Both the position numbers and the translations under genes were made by a program. A stretch of 63,027 bases of DNA, filler included, from Octopus bimaculoides (taxonomy: Eukaryota), in the NCBI RefSeq assembly GCF_001194135.2. It is 4 parts of 4 records of this genome, joined end to end, with 100 filler letters (N's around TTAATTAATTAA, not from the genome) between each part and the next. Parts side by side here need not be neighbours in the genome. Positions count along the whole stretch, not along the records: positions 33,707 to 58,198 come from NC_068986.1; 3 more parts are not named here. One strand, written 5' to 3'. Positions 37,490 through 50,301 of the stretch are shown here, piece after piece (the first letter of the stretch is position 1; every line of letters begins with the position of its first letter). The notes beneath the pieces are model-generated. The model had not been told where the DNA came from and ran no database searches. It saw nothing but the letters and a program-made list of their open reading frames with translations.

Positions 37490-38326
37490 GAAGGACAACA
37501 AAAGAAAGAAAGAGACCTCGATATTATGCAAATAGAGGAATTTATCTATAAAAATATGTGATACTTATTCAGTAGCCATGATAAAACTTCGAGTTTCGGA
37601 TGCCAGGGTGGGAGCTCACGCCAACATCTCTTCAGTTAGCCGGCCAATTGAAAATTCCTGTAAAAAATGACCGTTAAAAACAAAGGGTAAATTACTGTGT
37701 AGTGACAAGGTCAAAACGCGTCTAAAACTACGTATATTATCGCATGCACGCATATATCCATATACGCACGCACATATCTCTATATACACATGCATATATC
37801 TACATACGCACGCATCCACGCGCACACTCACAAGCGCGCACATATAAAGTTCCTTGTACGTGTCTATAAGCGTACAGGAAAAGAGTTTGGAGGGGAGAAA
37901 ACAGAAAAATGTGTGGAAAAATACAAAAACATTAACCCTATAATTATGTAAAAAAACATGAAAATAATTAAAAAATATAAAAATATAAAAATATAAAATC
38001 CAGGTAAAAAAGTGAAAAGCTTATACATAGACACAATATAGAAACCTATCAGTACAGTCCCATCAGCAGGGCCTATCAGTAAAAATATTAAAAAATATTA
38101 AGAAATATATAAGAAATGTAAGTAATAATTATAGAGAGATAAAAAGCTTAGGGATAGACACAAAAATAGAAAGCAAGTCCAATCAGTAAACCCAGGGGGA
38201 CCAAAAACGTAGCAAATATTTGGCCACATGTGGACATGATCCGAAAAGTTCAGTCTTTGAATTTAGACATGTGGTGGGGTCTAAGCTGCCTTTCCAGATG
38301 AGCTATCTTTCCATATTACATAGACC
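37490..38326 (-). mobile_element. Penelope-like element 3' end: endonuclease C-terminus, 3' region and family A hammerhead unit
   Basis: 38195-38310 translates as ER*LIWKGSLDPTTCLNSKTELFGSCPHVAKYLLRFW (the LN..xEL..C.H..K.LL terminal motif of these elements). A family A unit lies on the same strand at 37490-37700. Confidence 0.7.
37573..37646 (-). ncRNA. Type I hammerhead ribozyme, family A, core intact with weakened stem I
   Basis: The minus strand reads CTAA-CTGAAGA-GATGTTGG...CTGGCATC-C-GAAAC-TCGAA-GTT-TTATCATGGCT, with an 8-bp stem II including G-U pairs. Confidence 0.7.
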
Positions 38327-38372
38327 NNNNNNNNNNNNNNNNNNNNNNNNNNNNNNNNNNNNNNNNNNNNNN

Positions 38373-38407
<35 letters not shown>

Positions 38408-38431
38408 CATATATATATACATACACACACC

Positions 38432-38569
38432 TATACGACAAGTTTCTTTCAGTTTCTGTTTGCTGAATCCACTATAGTAGAAACTTGCCCAAGGTATCAC
38501 GCAGTGGGACTGAACCAGGAATCATCTGTTTGGGAAGCAAGCTTCTTACCTCACAGCCACGTCTGTGCC
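38432..38569 (-). mobile_element. SINE family 2, 5' tRNA-like head with an internal deletion
   Basis: The minus strand reads GTGGCTGTGAGGTAAGAAGCTTGCTTCCCAA...GGTTCAGTCCCACTGCGTGATACCTTGGGCAAG. Confidence 0.8.
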
Positions 38570-39129
38570 GATACCCATTTATTTTTCATATATATGTATA
38601 TATGCGCAAATAATTATACGTACATGTATATTATACATACATGTACGTAACATATGTTTATTTAACACACATATATTGACCATATATTTACATGCATATG
38701 TAAACAAAAATATGCAAATATATATCCTCAGCTGTTTTTAATCAGATTATAGATATAAATTTATGCATCGTTTGTAACTTCCCATTGTTGTTCTCTGTGA
38801 TTTTACATATACATGTGTCTATAAATGTGTATATCTGCATGTATGTGAGTGTGTATTCAGGATATTTGGAATAAATTCGACAATTTTATATGTCTCCTTT
38901 TTGTTGTTCAAGAACAGCTTGATGTATTGGTAAACAATCAACAGCTTGGCGTAGGTACATCTCAGAATGAGTCGATTGGGCGTTGTTGTTTAGACGCTGA
39001 TGATTTTGCACGGCTGACAGGACATTTAGCTTGTTTTGGGAACAGTACGTTTTTCTCTACAAACATCAATAACAACAAGTGATGATTTGTAGATCTAAGA
39101 TCTGCTGTTGTTTTTACTGCTGCTGTTTC

Positions 39130-39782
39130 TGTTTTGTTTATTATTTACCGTTTGGGCAGAAAGCTACCAAGTATCCTTTATTGCCGCATTTGTAATAACT
39201 GAGCATGTCTCATTGGTCTGCTCTCTTCTCGCTTCTATCTCAATGGGATACCGCTCAAGTCTTTAGTGTGAAGAGGTAATCCAGGACCTGATTATCTATA
39301 CGCACTTCACTCAACTGTATCTTGTTGCTAGCTACCTTCACATGGCGAGTTTTGCATAACTGTGCAACAGAGGTGATGACCACCCAAAGTTCAACGTCAC
39401 TACTAATACTCTTGACGTTGACCATTATATTTCTTTTTCCTTGGGTACTGCCGTACGAGCTGTGGACAAGTCTGTGGCACATCAGCTATGTCTTTCTCCT
39501 CAACTCATCCCTAGATTTAAAAGCCTGACACAAGCTTCCACATCAGACGATGAAGCGCACATCATTTCACACACCAGTCAGAGCTTCTAGCTTCTTTCTT
39601 TTCTTGCAAGAGTAGCTGTAAGCCTGCCCACCATTTTTGTTTCTGTTTCGCTTTTGAGAAAACAAGCATGCTACACTTCTTTTTACTCCTTTATAGGATA
39701 AATCAATCGAGAAAGGAGGCACTGCTTTTTGTAACGCACTTCTACCACTTTTCTTCCTTTGGATGTAGATAACCGATGTCAA
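39130..39782 (-). pseudogene. Older, heavily decayed ORF1/gag-like homolog with a CCHC knuckle
   Basis: Mixed frames give PDYL..YPIEIEARR followed by YYKCGNKGYLVAFCP, which parallels LPDFL..YPVILEGRPP-CCHC at 15100. Confidence 0.45.
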
Positions 39783-41259
39783 GTATCTCCTTTTGCCTTA
39801 CGATATTTGTAAATCATGATTTGATATTGTAACTGTTGTTTGTACTTTTATTTGTGTAATTTACGTTGGCATTTTCGCTCTGAAGATCGAGATGGTCATT
39901 GTAATTGAGTTTCTTTCATTGCTATTGTTCTTTATGTTTGTATTTTTCAAAAATCCGTTACGACGTCTTCAAAAATCATGGGTGCGTATTTGCTGCTATC
40001 ATCTTTGTGGTTAGTATCTCTTGGTGCTATTTCAGAGGTAATCAAACTGAACTACGATTAAACACACCAGAAAGGATGTTTTCGAAAATATGAGTATACA
40101 ATGGAAATGTTTTAGGATAATTCTTCTTTTCTACCCGAAGGAAATGGGGGAACACGTTCAGAAATTCTCAAAAAGAATTTTTCATACGGTAATCCTGAAA
40201 GAAAATAGATTCTAAACGAAGCTCAGTAAAATCGTGTGCATCCATGACCAACAACAATGTTAATAATAATAATAATAATAATAATCATAATAATAATAAT
40301 AATAATAATGATAATAATAATAATAATAAAAGAAGAAAAGAAAAGAAGAATGGAAATGAGAAGGTATGGTAGAAGAGCAATGGCAACGAGAAAAATACGC
40401 ACACACACACACACGCACACGCACGCACGCACGCACGCACGCACGCNNNNNNNNNNNNNNNNNNNNNNNNNNNNNNNNNNNNNNNNNNNNNNNNNNNNNN
40501 NNNNNNNNNNNNNNNNNNNNNNNNNNNNNNNNNNNNNNNNNNNNNNNNNNNNNNNNNNNNNNNNNNNNNNNNNNNNNNNNNNNNNNNNNNNNNNNNNNNN
40601 NNNNNNNNNNNNNNNNNNNNNNNNNNNNNNNNNNNNNNNNNNNNNNNNNNNNNNNNNNNNNNNNNNNNNNNNNNNNNNNNNNNNNNNNNNNNNNNNNNNN
40701 NNNNNNNNNNNNNNNNNNNNNNNNNNNNNNNNNNNNNNNNNNNNNNNNNNNNNNNNNNNNNNNNNNNNNNNNNNNNNNNNNNNNNNNNNNNNNNNNNNNN
40801 NNNNNNNNNNNNNNNNNNNNNNNNNNNNNNNNNNNNNNNNNNNNNNNNNNNNNNNNNNNNNNNNNNNNNNNNNNNNNNNNNNNNNNNNNNNNNNNNNNNN
40901 NNNNNNNNNNNNNNNNNNNNNNNNNNNNNNNNNNNNNNNNNNNNNNNNNNNNNNNNNNNNNNNNNNNNNNNNNNNNNNNNNNNNNNNNNNNNNNNNNNNN
41001 NNNNNNNNNNNNNNNNNNNNNNNNNNNNNNNNNNNNNNNNNNNNNNNNNNNNNNNNNNNNNNNNNNNNNNNNNNNNNNNNNNNNNNNNNNNNNNNNNNNN
41101 NNNNNNNNNNNNNNNNNNNNNNNNNNNNNNNNNNNNNNNNNNNNNNNNNNNNNNNNNNNNNNNNNNNNNNNNNNNNNNNNNNNNNNNNNNNNNNNNNNNN
41201 NNNNNNNNNNNNNNNNNNNNNNNNNNNNNNNNNNNNNNNNNNNNNNNNNNNNNNNNNNN

Positions 41260-41310
<51 letters not shown>

Positions 41311-41326
41311 CATAGTAATAGTACCT

Positions 41327-41359
<33 letters not shown>

Positions 41360-41625
41360 TTAATAGTAGTAGTCGTAACGATGGTGACGTTGTTACTATT
41401 AAGTAGGATGTGGGTGGTGTTGCTGTTGTTGCTTGCTCCTAGGTCAGCCCCGACCAAAAGACATTCCAGCCACGACCATCCCATCGATTTTAGGACTTTC
41501 TAGCAATAATACATAATCTAATATGACCTTAGCACTTGTTTTTCAATGTCTGTTGCGTATGTAATTTGAGGGCAGTTTGACTGTTACTTCTAGTAGGCCG
41601 AGCTTCCACACTGATGCTCTCACAT

Positions 41626-41656
<31 letters not shown>

Positions 41657-42696
41657 AATAATGATGATGATAATGATGATGATGATGATAATTACAGTCG
41701 TGTTGTAGTAGCAAGAGTATTAGTGGTAGTAACTTGTAAGTGGAAGTAGTAAAAACGAAAGCGGCACTTCGTCCGTCTTTNNNNNNNNNNNNNNNNNNNN
41801 NNNNNNNNNNNNNNNNNNNNNNNNNNNNNNNNNNNNNNNNNNNNNNNNNNNNNNNNNNNNNNNNNNNNNNNNNNNNNNNNNNNNNNNNNNNNNNNNNNNN
41901 NNNNNNNNNNNNNNNNNNNNNNNNNNNNNNNNNNNNNNNNNNNNNNNNNNNNNNNNNNNNNNNNNNNNNNNNNNNNNNNNNNNNNNNNNNNNNNNNNNNN
42001 NNNNNNNNNNNNNNNNNNNNNNNNNNNNNNNNNNNNNNNNNNNNNNNNNNNNNNNNNNNNNNNNNNNNNNNNNNNNNNNNNNNNNNNNNNNNNNNNNNNN
42101 NNNNNNNNNNNNNNNNNNNNNNNNNNNNNNNNNNNNNNNNNNNNNNNNNNNNNNNNNNNNNNNNNNNNNNNNNNNNNNNNNNNNNNNNNNNNNNNNNNNN
42201 NNNNNNNNNNNNNNNNNNNNNNNNNNNNNNNNNNNNNNNNNNNNNNNNNNNNNNNNNNNNNNNNNNNNNNNNNNNNNNNNNNNNNNNNNNNNNNNNNNNN
42301 NNNNNNNNNNNNNNNNNNNNNNNNNNNNNNNNNNNNNNNNNNNNNNNNNNNNNNNNNNNNNNNNNNNNNNNNNNNNNNNNNNNNNNNNNNNNNNNNNNNN
42401 NNNNNNNNNNNNNNNNNNNNNNNNNNNNNNNNNNNNNNNNNNNNNNNNNNNNNNNNNNNNNNNNNNNNNNNNNNNNNNNNNNNNNNNNNNNNNNNNNNNN
42501 NNNNNNNNNNNNNNNNNNNNNNNNNNNNNNNNNNNNNNNNNNNNNNNNNNNNNNNNNNNNNNNNNNNNNNNNNNNNNNNNNNNNNNNNNNNNNNNNNNNN
42601 NNNNNNNNNNNNNNNNNNNNNNNNNNNNNNNNNNNNNNNNNNNNNNNNNNNNNNNNNNNNNNNNNGTGCGTGTGCAAGAGGTTGAGTGTATATGCG

Positions 42697-42729
<33 letters not shown>

Positions 42730-42891
42730 TCTTGTCTATGTGTGTCTGTATATATATATGCGTATGTGTGCCCGTGTGTGTATGTATATATATATATATA
42801 TATTTTTTTTTTTTAATTTATGTGTTTCAGCCAAGTGGCTGCGGTCATGCTATATATATATATATATATATATATATGCGTGTGTGTGCCC

Positions 42892-42929
<38 letters not shown>

Positions 42930-43316
42930 GCATATATTTAAGAATCTGTGGTTGGGTACGTGTCTATATATATATGTGTATTGTGAGCATGTATGTGTGT
43001 ATGTGTGTGTGTGTGCATATGTCAGTGCGTATGTGCTGGTTTACTTTCATGTGTCGGTAAGTAGGCTAGTGAAACCGAAAGTGAAAGAGACAGAGGGAGA
43101 AAAAGACAACAGAGAAAGCATGTGTACAAAGAGAGATACAGAGCGATAAATATACAGACAGCTAAATAGCTAGAGACATAGATGGAGAGAACGGTAACTG
43201 TGTAGAGAAAATATGCATGGCCGAGTGTACTTGATAGCAAAATTGACAAAGAAAAGGACAAGTGTGAGCAATATAAGAAACATATATGTATATAAATTTC
43301 CCTTTATATATATGTG

Positions 43317-43348
<32 letters not shown>

Positions 43349-43450
43349 TGCGTGCGTACGCGCTTGCATATGTGCAAGTGTGTATACATACAACCATACA
43401 TACGTATATACACGCACAAACACACAAATATCACACGCCATCACACATGC

Positions 43451-43496
<46 letters not shown>

Positions 43497-43569
43497 ATGT
43501 ATGTATGCACGCACGCATCTGTGTGTGCGTGTGTGTGTATGTACTGGCATTTACACCGCTCAAGGCATC

Positions 43570-43718
43570 TCGCATTTGTGTCTCGTAACATTAGCGATTC
43601 GACAAATAGTAGTCGATAAAATAAGCGCGAGGTCGATATGATCGACTAAATTCTTTGGAGGTGGTGCTCCAGTATGGCCGCAGCCCAGTGACTGAAACCA
43701 ACAGAAGACTGAAACAAG
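43570..43718 (+). mobile_element. Degenerate SINE family 2, 3' part
   Basis: GGTGCTCCAGTATGGCCGCAG...TGACTGAAAC. Confidence 0.65.
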
Positions 43719-43769
43719 CTGTATCTCTCTCCTGTCTGTCAGTCAATCTGTCAGTCCCCTCCCTCCTTC

Positions 43770-43893
43770 TCTCTCTGTCTCTCTCTCTGTCTCTCTCTCT
43801 GTCTCTCTCTCTGTCTCTCTCTCTGTCTCTCTCTCTGTCTCTCTCTCTCTGTCTCTCTCTCTCTCTGTCTCTCTCTCTGTCTCTCTCTCTCTA
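43770..43893. repeat. (CT)n with periodic G
   Basis: Directly visible. Confidence 0.95.
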
Positions 43894-44416
43894 TGTATAT
43901 ATATATATATATAGGTATACATGCACACATATATATATATACANNNNNNNNNNNNNNNNNNNNNNNNNNNNNNNNNNNNNNNNNNNNNNNNNNNNNNNNN
44001 NNNNNNNNNNNNNNNNNNNNNNNNNNNNNNNNNNNNNNNNNNNNNNNNNNNNNNNNNNNNNNNNNNNNNNNNNNNNNNNNNNNNNNNNNNNNNNNNNNNN
44101 NNNNNNNNNNNNNNNNNNNNNNNNNNNNNNNNNNNNNNNNNNNNNNNNNNNNNNNNNNNNNNNNNNNNNNNNNNNNNNNNNNNNNNNNNNNNNNNNNNNN
44201 NNNNNNNNNNNNNNNNNNNNNNNNNNNNNNNNNNNNNNNNNNNNNNNNNNNNNNNNNNNNNNNNNNNNNNNNNNNNNNNNNNNNNNNNNNNNNNNNNNNN
44301 NNNNNNNNNNNNNNNNNNNNNNNNNNNNNNNNNNNNNNNNNNNNNNNNNNNNNNNNNNNNNNNNNNNNNNNNNNNNNNNNNNNNNNNNNNNNNNNNNNNN
44401 NNNNNNNNNNNNNNNN

Positions 44417-44498
<82 letters not shown>

Positions 44499-44505
44499 TA
44501 TGTGT

Positions 44506-44682
44506 GTGTTTGTCCCCCCAATATCGCTTGACAACCGATGCTGGTGCGTTTACATCCTCGTAGCGTAGCGGTTCGGCAAAACAGACCGATAGCATAAGTA
44601 CTGGGCTTACAAAGAATAATTCCTGCGTTGCTCCAGCATGGCCGTAGTCAAATGACTGAAACAAGTAAAAGAGTAAAAGAGT
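44506..44682 (+). mobile_element. SINE family 2, 3' half
   Basis: Matches the 10619 copy and follows a (TG)n tract. Confidence 0.9.
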
Positions 44683-44755
44683 TATAGCCAAAGGCGATTC
44701 GTCTGTTCCCATCCATTTTTTTTAACGGTATGTAGAACTACATTCCTCTTAGTTA

Positions 44756-45005
44756 TTTTACTCTTTTACTTGTTTCAGTCATTTGACTGCGACCATGCTG
44801 GAGCACCGCCTTTAGTCGAGCAGATCGACCCCAGGACTTATTCTTTGTAAGCCTAGTTCTTATTCTATCGGTCTCTTTTGCCGAGCTGCTAAGTTACGGG
44901 GACGTAAACACACCACCATCGGTTGTCAAGCGAAGTTGGGGGGACAAACACAGACACACAAACATATACACACACATACATACATACATATATACAACGG
45001 GCTTA
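44756..45005 (-). mobile_element. SINE family 2, 3' half, inverted relative to the 44506 copy
   Basis: Reverse-complement match. It includes the internal microsatellite and AAGCCCGTTGTATA. Confidence 0.9.
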
Positions 45006-45689
45006 GCCTGAATTTATTTATTTATTCGTTTATTTATTTATTCATTCATTCATTTAAGAGGGCTGGGTGGTAATTTAAACGAGATTTGGTTCTTATGTCT
45101 AGTATGTCGATGGTCCACATGATGCATTCCCCATTGGCTTGGTGTGTGTATATATATAGCAGAGTATTGTGTTTGTATATATGTGTGTGTGTGTGTGTGT
45201 GTTCAAGAAAGAAAGACACAAGAAGACAAGAGAGAGGGAGAGAGAAAGAGAGAGAGAGACAGAGATAGCATGTGTGTGGATGTGAGTGTTTGTGTGTGTG
45301 TGTCTGTGTGTAAGTGTGAAAAAGCATTTGTGAGGAAGTGAGTATGCGCGTGTTTATGAGCTTATATGTATGTGTATGAGAACAGAGAGCGTGAGAGAGA
45401 GAGAGGAAGTAGAGAAGAAGAGAAGGGAGGGTGTTTGATGTAAACGAAAAGTAGCCTTGCACGTGCCGTCGAGCTCCCCTTCGCTCCACTCCCCACATTG
45501 TATGCAATGCAATCATTATATTTTATGTTTAATTAATTGATCAGCTATCGTAGCAGATAAGAGCAGCGTGTGTGAGTGTGCGTGCGTGTGTGCGTGCGTG
45601 CGTGTGTGTGTATGTGTGTGTGTGATGGCTATTTGTTGTGCGTGTTTGTGTGTCAGGGAAAGAGAGAAGAGAAGAGGAGAGACCATGAC

Positions 45690-46330
45690 GACGTCATTGG
45701 AAGATGAAGACGAATGAGGGGAGGCGATAGAGGGAGGTAGGAGTGAGAGAGGAAGAGGAAGAAGGGAAGAAGGGAAGAGGGGGGAGATAAGGTAGATGAG
45801 GGTTGGGAGGAGGAGGAGGAGGAGGAGGGGAAGAAGAGGAAGGAGTAAGCGGAAGAAGGAAGGAAGAAAGAAAGATGGAGGAGTAAAAGGGCGAGGAGGA
45901 GGGAAGAAAAGAAGAAGGAAATTGATGGAAAAGGAGGAAAAAGAAAAAATGAGAGAAGTTAGGACAGAAAGAAGGAAAGAGAAGGAAGGAAGGAAAAAGA
46001 ACAAAAAGAAGGAAAAAGAATGACGGAAGAAGAGGCAGGAAAAAACAAAGAGGTTGAGGAGGATGGATGAAAGGAAGAGCTAGTAGTAGTAGTAGTAGTA
46101 GTAGTAGATGAGAAGTTGAAGAAAAAGAAGAAAGTTGAAGAAGAAGGTGAAGGAAGAAGAGGAAAAGAAGATTGGAGGAGAAGAAGGAGGAGGGGAAAAA
46201 GGAGAAGAAGGAGAAGAAGAAAAAGAAGGCGAAGAAAGAAGAATACGAAGAAGTGCTAGTAGTAGTAGTAATAGTAGTAGTAGTAGATGAGAAGTTGAAG
46301 AAGAAGAAGAAGAAAGGAGAAATGTGCACT
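45690..46330. repeat. Purine-rich low-complexity tract (GAA/GGA/GTA)
   Basis: Almost all purines on the plus strand. Confidence 0.9.
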
Positions 46331-47171
46331 AAGAATAAGGAGAAAGGAAAACTTACTAATTGCTTTTATAACAAGTTGATGCAGGTAGTTTATCCTGTCC
46401 CTCTCCGACTTCTAGTTCATGCAATTGAAAAAAAACCGCATTATTTATGGGATGACCCGATATTTTGTCTGTGTACTAATACATATAAAGTGTGTGTGTA
46501 TACATGCATACATTTATATTTGTGTATATATATAAACAAAGACACACCGCGCACGCACACACACACATACACACGCGCGTGTTCATGAATTTATGTTACA
46601 AGATTCCTGATGTGAAATCCTGTCTTGAAACAAATATTGTTGTAGTTCGTCATGGTCATTTTTCTTCCTTTTTTTGCCAAAGAAACACACGCATTATACA
46701 TTCGTTCTTCACTCGTTTATTACTGTTCAATATTAATCAATCATTTTCATAATACTTAGAAAAACAGAAATACATTTTTACACTAAAAAATAATAGGTTA
46801 TCTAATCCTAGTTTATTTTTAAAATTTCAAAGCATCAATAATAAAGAAATAAAACAAAAACAAATCAATTCTAAAAAATTTACAAAAAAAGAAAACGGTT
46901 ATATATATTCCTTTATATAAAAATATCATCTTACTAATAAGGATACACATCATAGAAGAACAGAATGGAGTAAGCGGAGCAGGAGCACATACGAGGACGA
47001 AAAGTGTCGCTGAAGAGGTCACAGATGTGTGACAAAAGATTTTGGACAATGGACATGAGTTAAAAGAACAGTAATAAACGGGTAAAGACCGAATATATAG
47101 TGCGTGTGTTTATATGACAAAAAAAAGGGACCAGCCCAAAATACAGAATTATATACATACATACATACATG

Positions 47172-47217
<46 letters not shown>

Positions 47218-48069
47218 NNNNNNNNNNNNNNNNNNNNNNNNNNNNNNNNNNNNNNNNNNNNNNNNNNNNNNNNNNNNNNNNNNNNNNNNNNNNNNNNNNN
47301 NNNNNNNNNNNNNNNNNNNNNNNNNNNNNNNNNNNNNNNNNNNNNNNNNNNNNNNNNNNNNNNNNNNNNNNNNNNNNNNNNNNNNNNNNNNNNNNNNNNN
47401 NNNNNNNNNNNNNNNNNNNNNNNNNNNNNNNNNNNNNNNNNNNNNNNNNNNNNNNNNNNNNNNNNNNNNNNNNNNNNNNNNNNNNNNNNNNNNNNNNNNN
47501 NNNNNNNNNNNNNNNNNNNNNNNNNNNNNNNNNNNNNNNNNNNNNNNNNNNNNNNNNNNNNNNNNNNNNNNNNNNNNNNNNNNNNNNNNNNNNNNNNNNN
47601 NNNNNNNNNNNNNNNNNNNNNNNNNNNNNNNNNNNNNNNNNNNNNNNNNNNNNNNNNNNNNNNNNNNNNNNNNNNNNNNNNNNNNNNNNNNNNNNNNNNN
47701 NNNNNNNNNNNNNNNNNNNNNNNNNNNNNNNNNNAAGCCATAGCTAAAAGAAAAAGTACTCAATACATTATAAATGTATGGTCTACCTTTGTGGAAGTAC
47801 ATTTATTGAAACAACTTTAACGTTGTCAGGTTTTTATCTCGTAAATAAAAAATTATACACACATACATACACATAAACACACTCACTCTCTCACTCAAAC
47901 ACTTACATACACATACATATATCAATAAAAAATAAATGTTTGATGTTTAATAAAGTTAAAATTGATATCAGTCTATATACAATATGTTAAAAGTCCAGTC
48001 ATTAATGTACATACATCTATATGTAAGTATGTGTGTGTATATATATGTATATACATACATACATCTATC

Positions 48070-48104
<35 letters not shown>

Positions 48105-48404
48105 GCATATGTATGTATATTAATGTGAAGGCTTTTAAACCATATAGATTTACATTAATTTTAACTTTTCGTATTGGGTTCTTTACCACAACGTTTCAAC
48201 AGTTTTTAATATAAATTTATGCTAAAAACATAGGCATAAATTTTCATACGTGTGTATTTGTAAGTGTGTATGTGTATGTGTGTGTATTTGTATGTGCGTG
48301 CGTGCGCGTGTGGTAGCAGAACTGGTGTCTTCAATTGATGTTCACTTACATCCAGATCAATTTCGACTAATACGATTCCACCTTACATAACTGATAAAAT
48401 AAAT

Positions 48405-48620
48405 ATTCTTTTCTATTCTTTTGTTTTCTAATCTAAGCACAAGGCCCGAAATTTTTGGGGAGGAGACCAGTCGATTAGATCGACCTCAGTATGCAACTGG
48501 TACTTAATTTTTCGACCCCGAAAGGATGAAAGGCAAAGTCGACCTCGGCGGAATTTGAGCTCAGAACATAAAGACAGACGAAATACCGTTAAGCATTTCG
48601 CCCGGCGTGCTAACGTTTCT
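48405..48620 (-). mobile_element. tRNA-derived SINE family 1, near full length
   Basis: High similarity to 50302-50513. Confidence 0.92.
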
Positions 48621-49587
48621 TATTTCTTTACTGTCCACAAGGGGCNNNNNNNNNNNNNNNNNNNNNNNNNNNNNNNNNNNNNNNNNNNNNNNNNNNNNNN
48701 NNNNNNNNNNNNNNNNNNNNNNNNNNNNNNNNNNNNNNNNNNNNNNNNNNNNNNNNNNNNNNNNNNNNNNNNNNNNNNNNNNNNNNNNNNNNNNNNNNNN
48801 NNNNNNNNNNNNNNNNNNNNNNNNNNNNNNNNNNNNNNNNNNNNNNNNNNNNNNNNNNNNNNNNNNNNNNNNNNNNNNNNNNNNNNNNNNNNNNNNNNNN
48901 NNNNNNNNNNNNNNNNNNNNNNNNNNNNNNNNNNNNNNNNNNNNNNNNNNNNNNNNNNNNNNNNNNNNNNNNNNNNNNNNNNNNNNNNNNNNNNNNNNNN
49001 NNNNNNNNNNNNNNNNNNNNNNNNNNNNNNNNNNNNNNNNNNNNNNNNNNNNNNNNNNNNNNNNNNNNNNNNNNNNNNNNNNNNNNNNNNNNNNNNNNNN
49101 NNNNNNNNNNNNNNNNNNNNNNNNNNNNNNNNNNNNNNNNNNNNNNNNNNNNNNNNNNNNNNNNNNNNNNNNNNNNNNNNNNNNNNNNNNNNNNNNNNNN
49201 NNNNNNNNNNNNNNNNNNNNNNNNNNNNNNNNNNNNNNNNNNNNNNNNNNNNNNNNNNNNNNNNNNNNNNNNNNNNNNNNNNNNNNNNNNNNNNNNNNNN
49301 NNNNNNNNNNNNNNNNNNNNNNNNNNNNNNNNNNNNNNNNNNNNNNNNNNNNNNNNNNNNNNNNNNNNNNNNNNNNNNNNNNNNNNNNNNNNNNNNNNNN
49401 NNNNNNNNNNNNNNNNNNNNNNNNNNNNNNNNNNNNNNNNNNNNNNNNNNNNNNNNNNNNNNNNNNNNNNNNNNNNNNNNNNNNNNNNNNNNNNNNNNNN
49501 NNNNNNNNNNNNNNNNNNNNNNNNNNNNNNNNNNNNNNNNNNNNNNNNNNNNNNNNNNNNNNNNNNNNNNNNNNNNNNNNNNNNNNN

Positions 49588-49895
49588 CTTTCTCTTTCTC
49601 TCTCTCCCTTTCTCTTTCTCTCTCTCCCTTTCTCTTTCTCTCTCTCCCTTTCTCTTTCTCTCTCTCTCACTTTCTCTTTCTCTCTCTCTCCCTTTTTCTT
49701 TCTCTCTCTCACTTTCTCTCTTTCTCTCTCTCTCACTTTCTCTTTCTCTCTCTCTCTCACTTTCTCTTTCTCTCTCTCTCACTTTCTCTTTCTCTCTCTC
49801 TCACTTTCTCTTTCACTCTCTCTCTCTCACTTTCTCTTTCTCTCTCTTTCACTTTCACTTTCTCTCTCTCTCACTTTCTCCCCCCCCCTCTCTCT
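49588..49895. repeat. CT-rich imperfect tandem repeat
   Basis: Directly visible CTTTCTCTTTCTCTCTCT-type units. Confidence 0.93.
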
Positions 49896-50301
49896 TACTA
49901 TATACCATTTCCAGTAGATTCTATATTTGTAGCTTTGTTGTTTTCTCTTGGTGTTACAATCAATATTGCTGCTTATTATTATTGCTTCTGTTGTTGCTGT
50001 TAAATCAAATGGTTATCTATATTTTCTTTACCTTCTGCTCAAAGATGCAAGAAAGCCAGCCTTTAACTACCACTCTAGAAAGATCTTCCCGTTGCTTTCT
50101 TCACAACGATTTATTAAATTTGTTTTCTTGTGCCTTGTTTGGTAAACGAACCTTTAGGTTAAATATCTCTATCTAGAAGGGAGATATTGCGAAGAGACTA
50201 CAATTCTTATATACAAAAATTGATGGCAAAATAAAGTAACCACAAAGCGTTTTCGTTTTATAAGTAACCTGAACATTAAATCGTTGTACTGTCTAAATAT
50301 T

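Noticed and set aside
45796-46588. K/E/R-rich ORFs
   Set aside because: Products of a purine-rich low-complexity tract.
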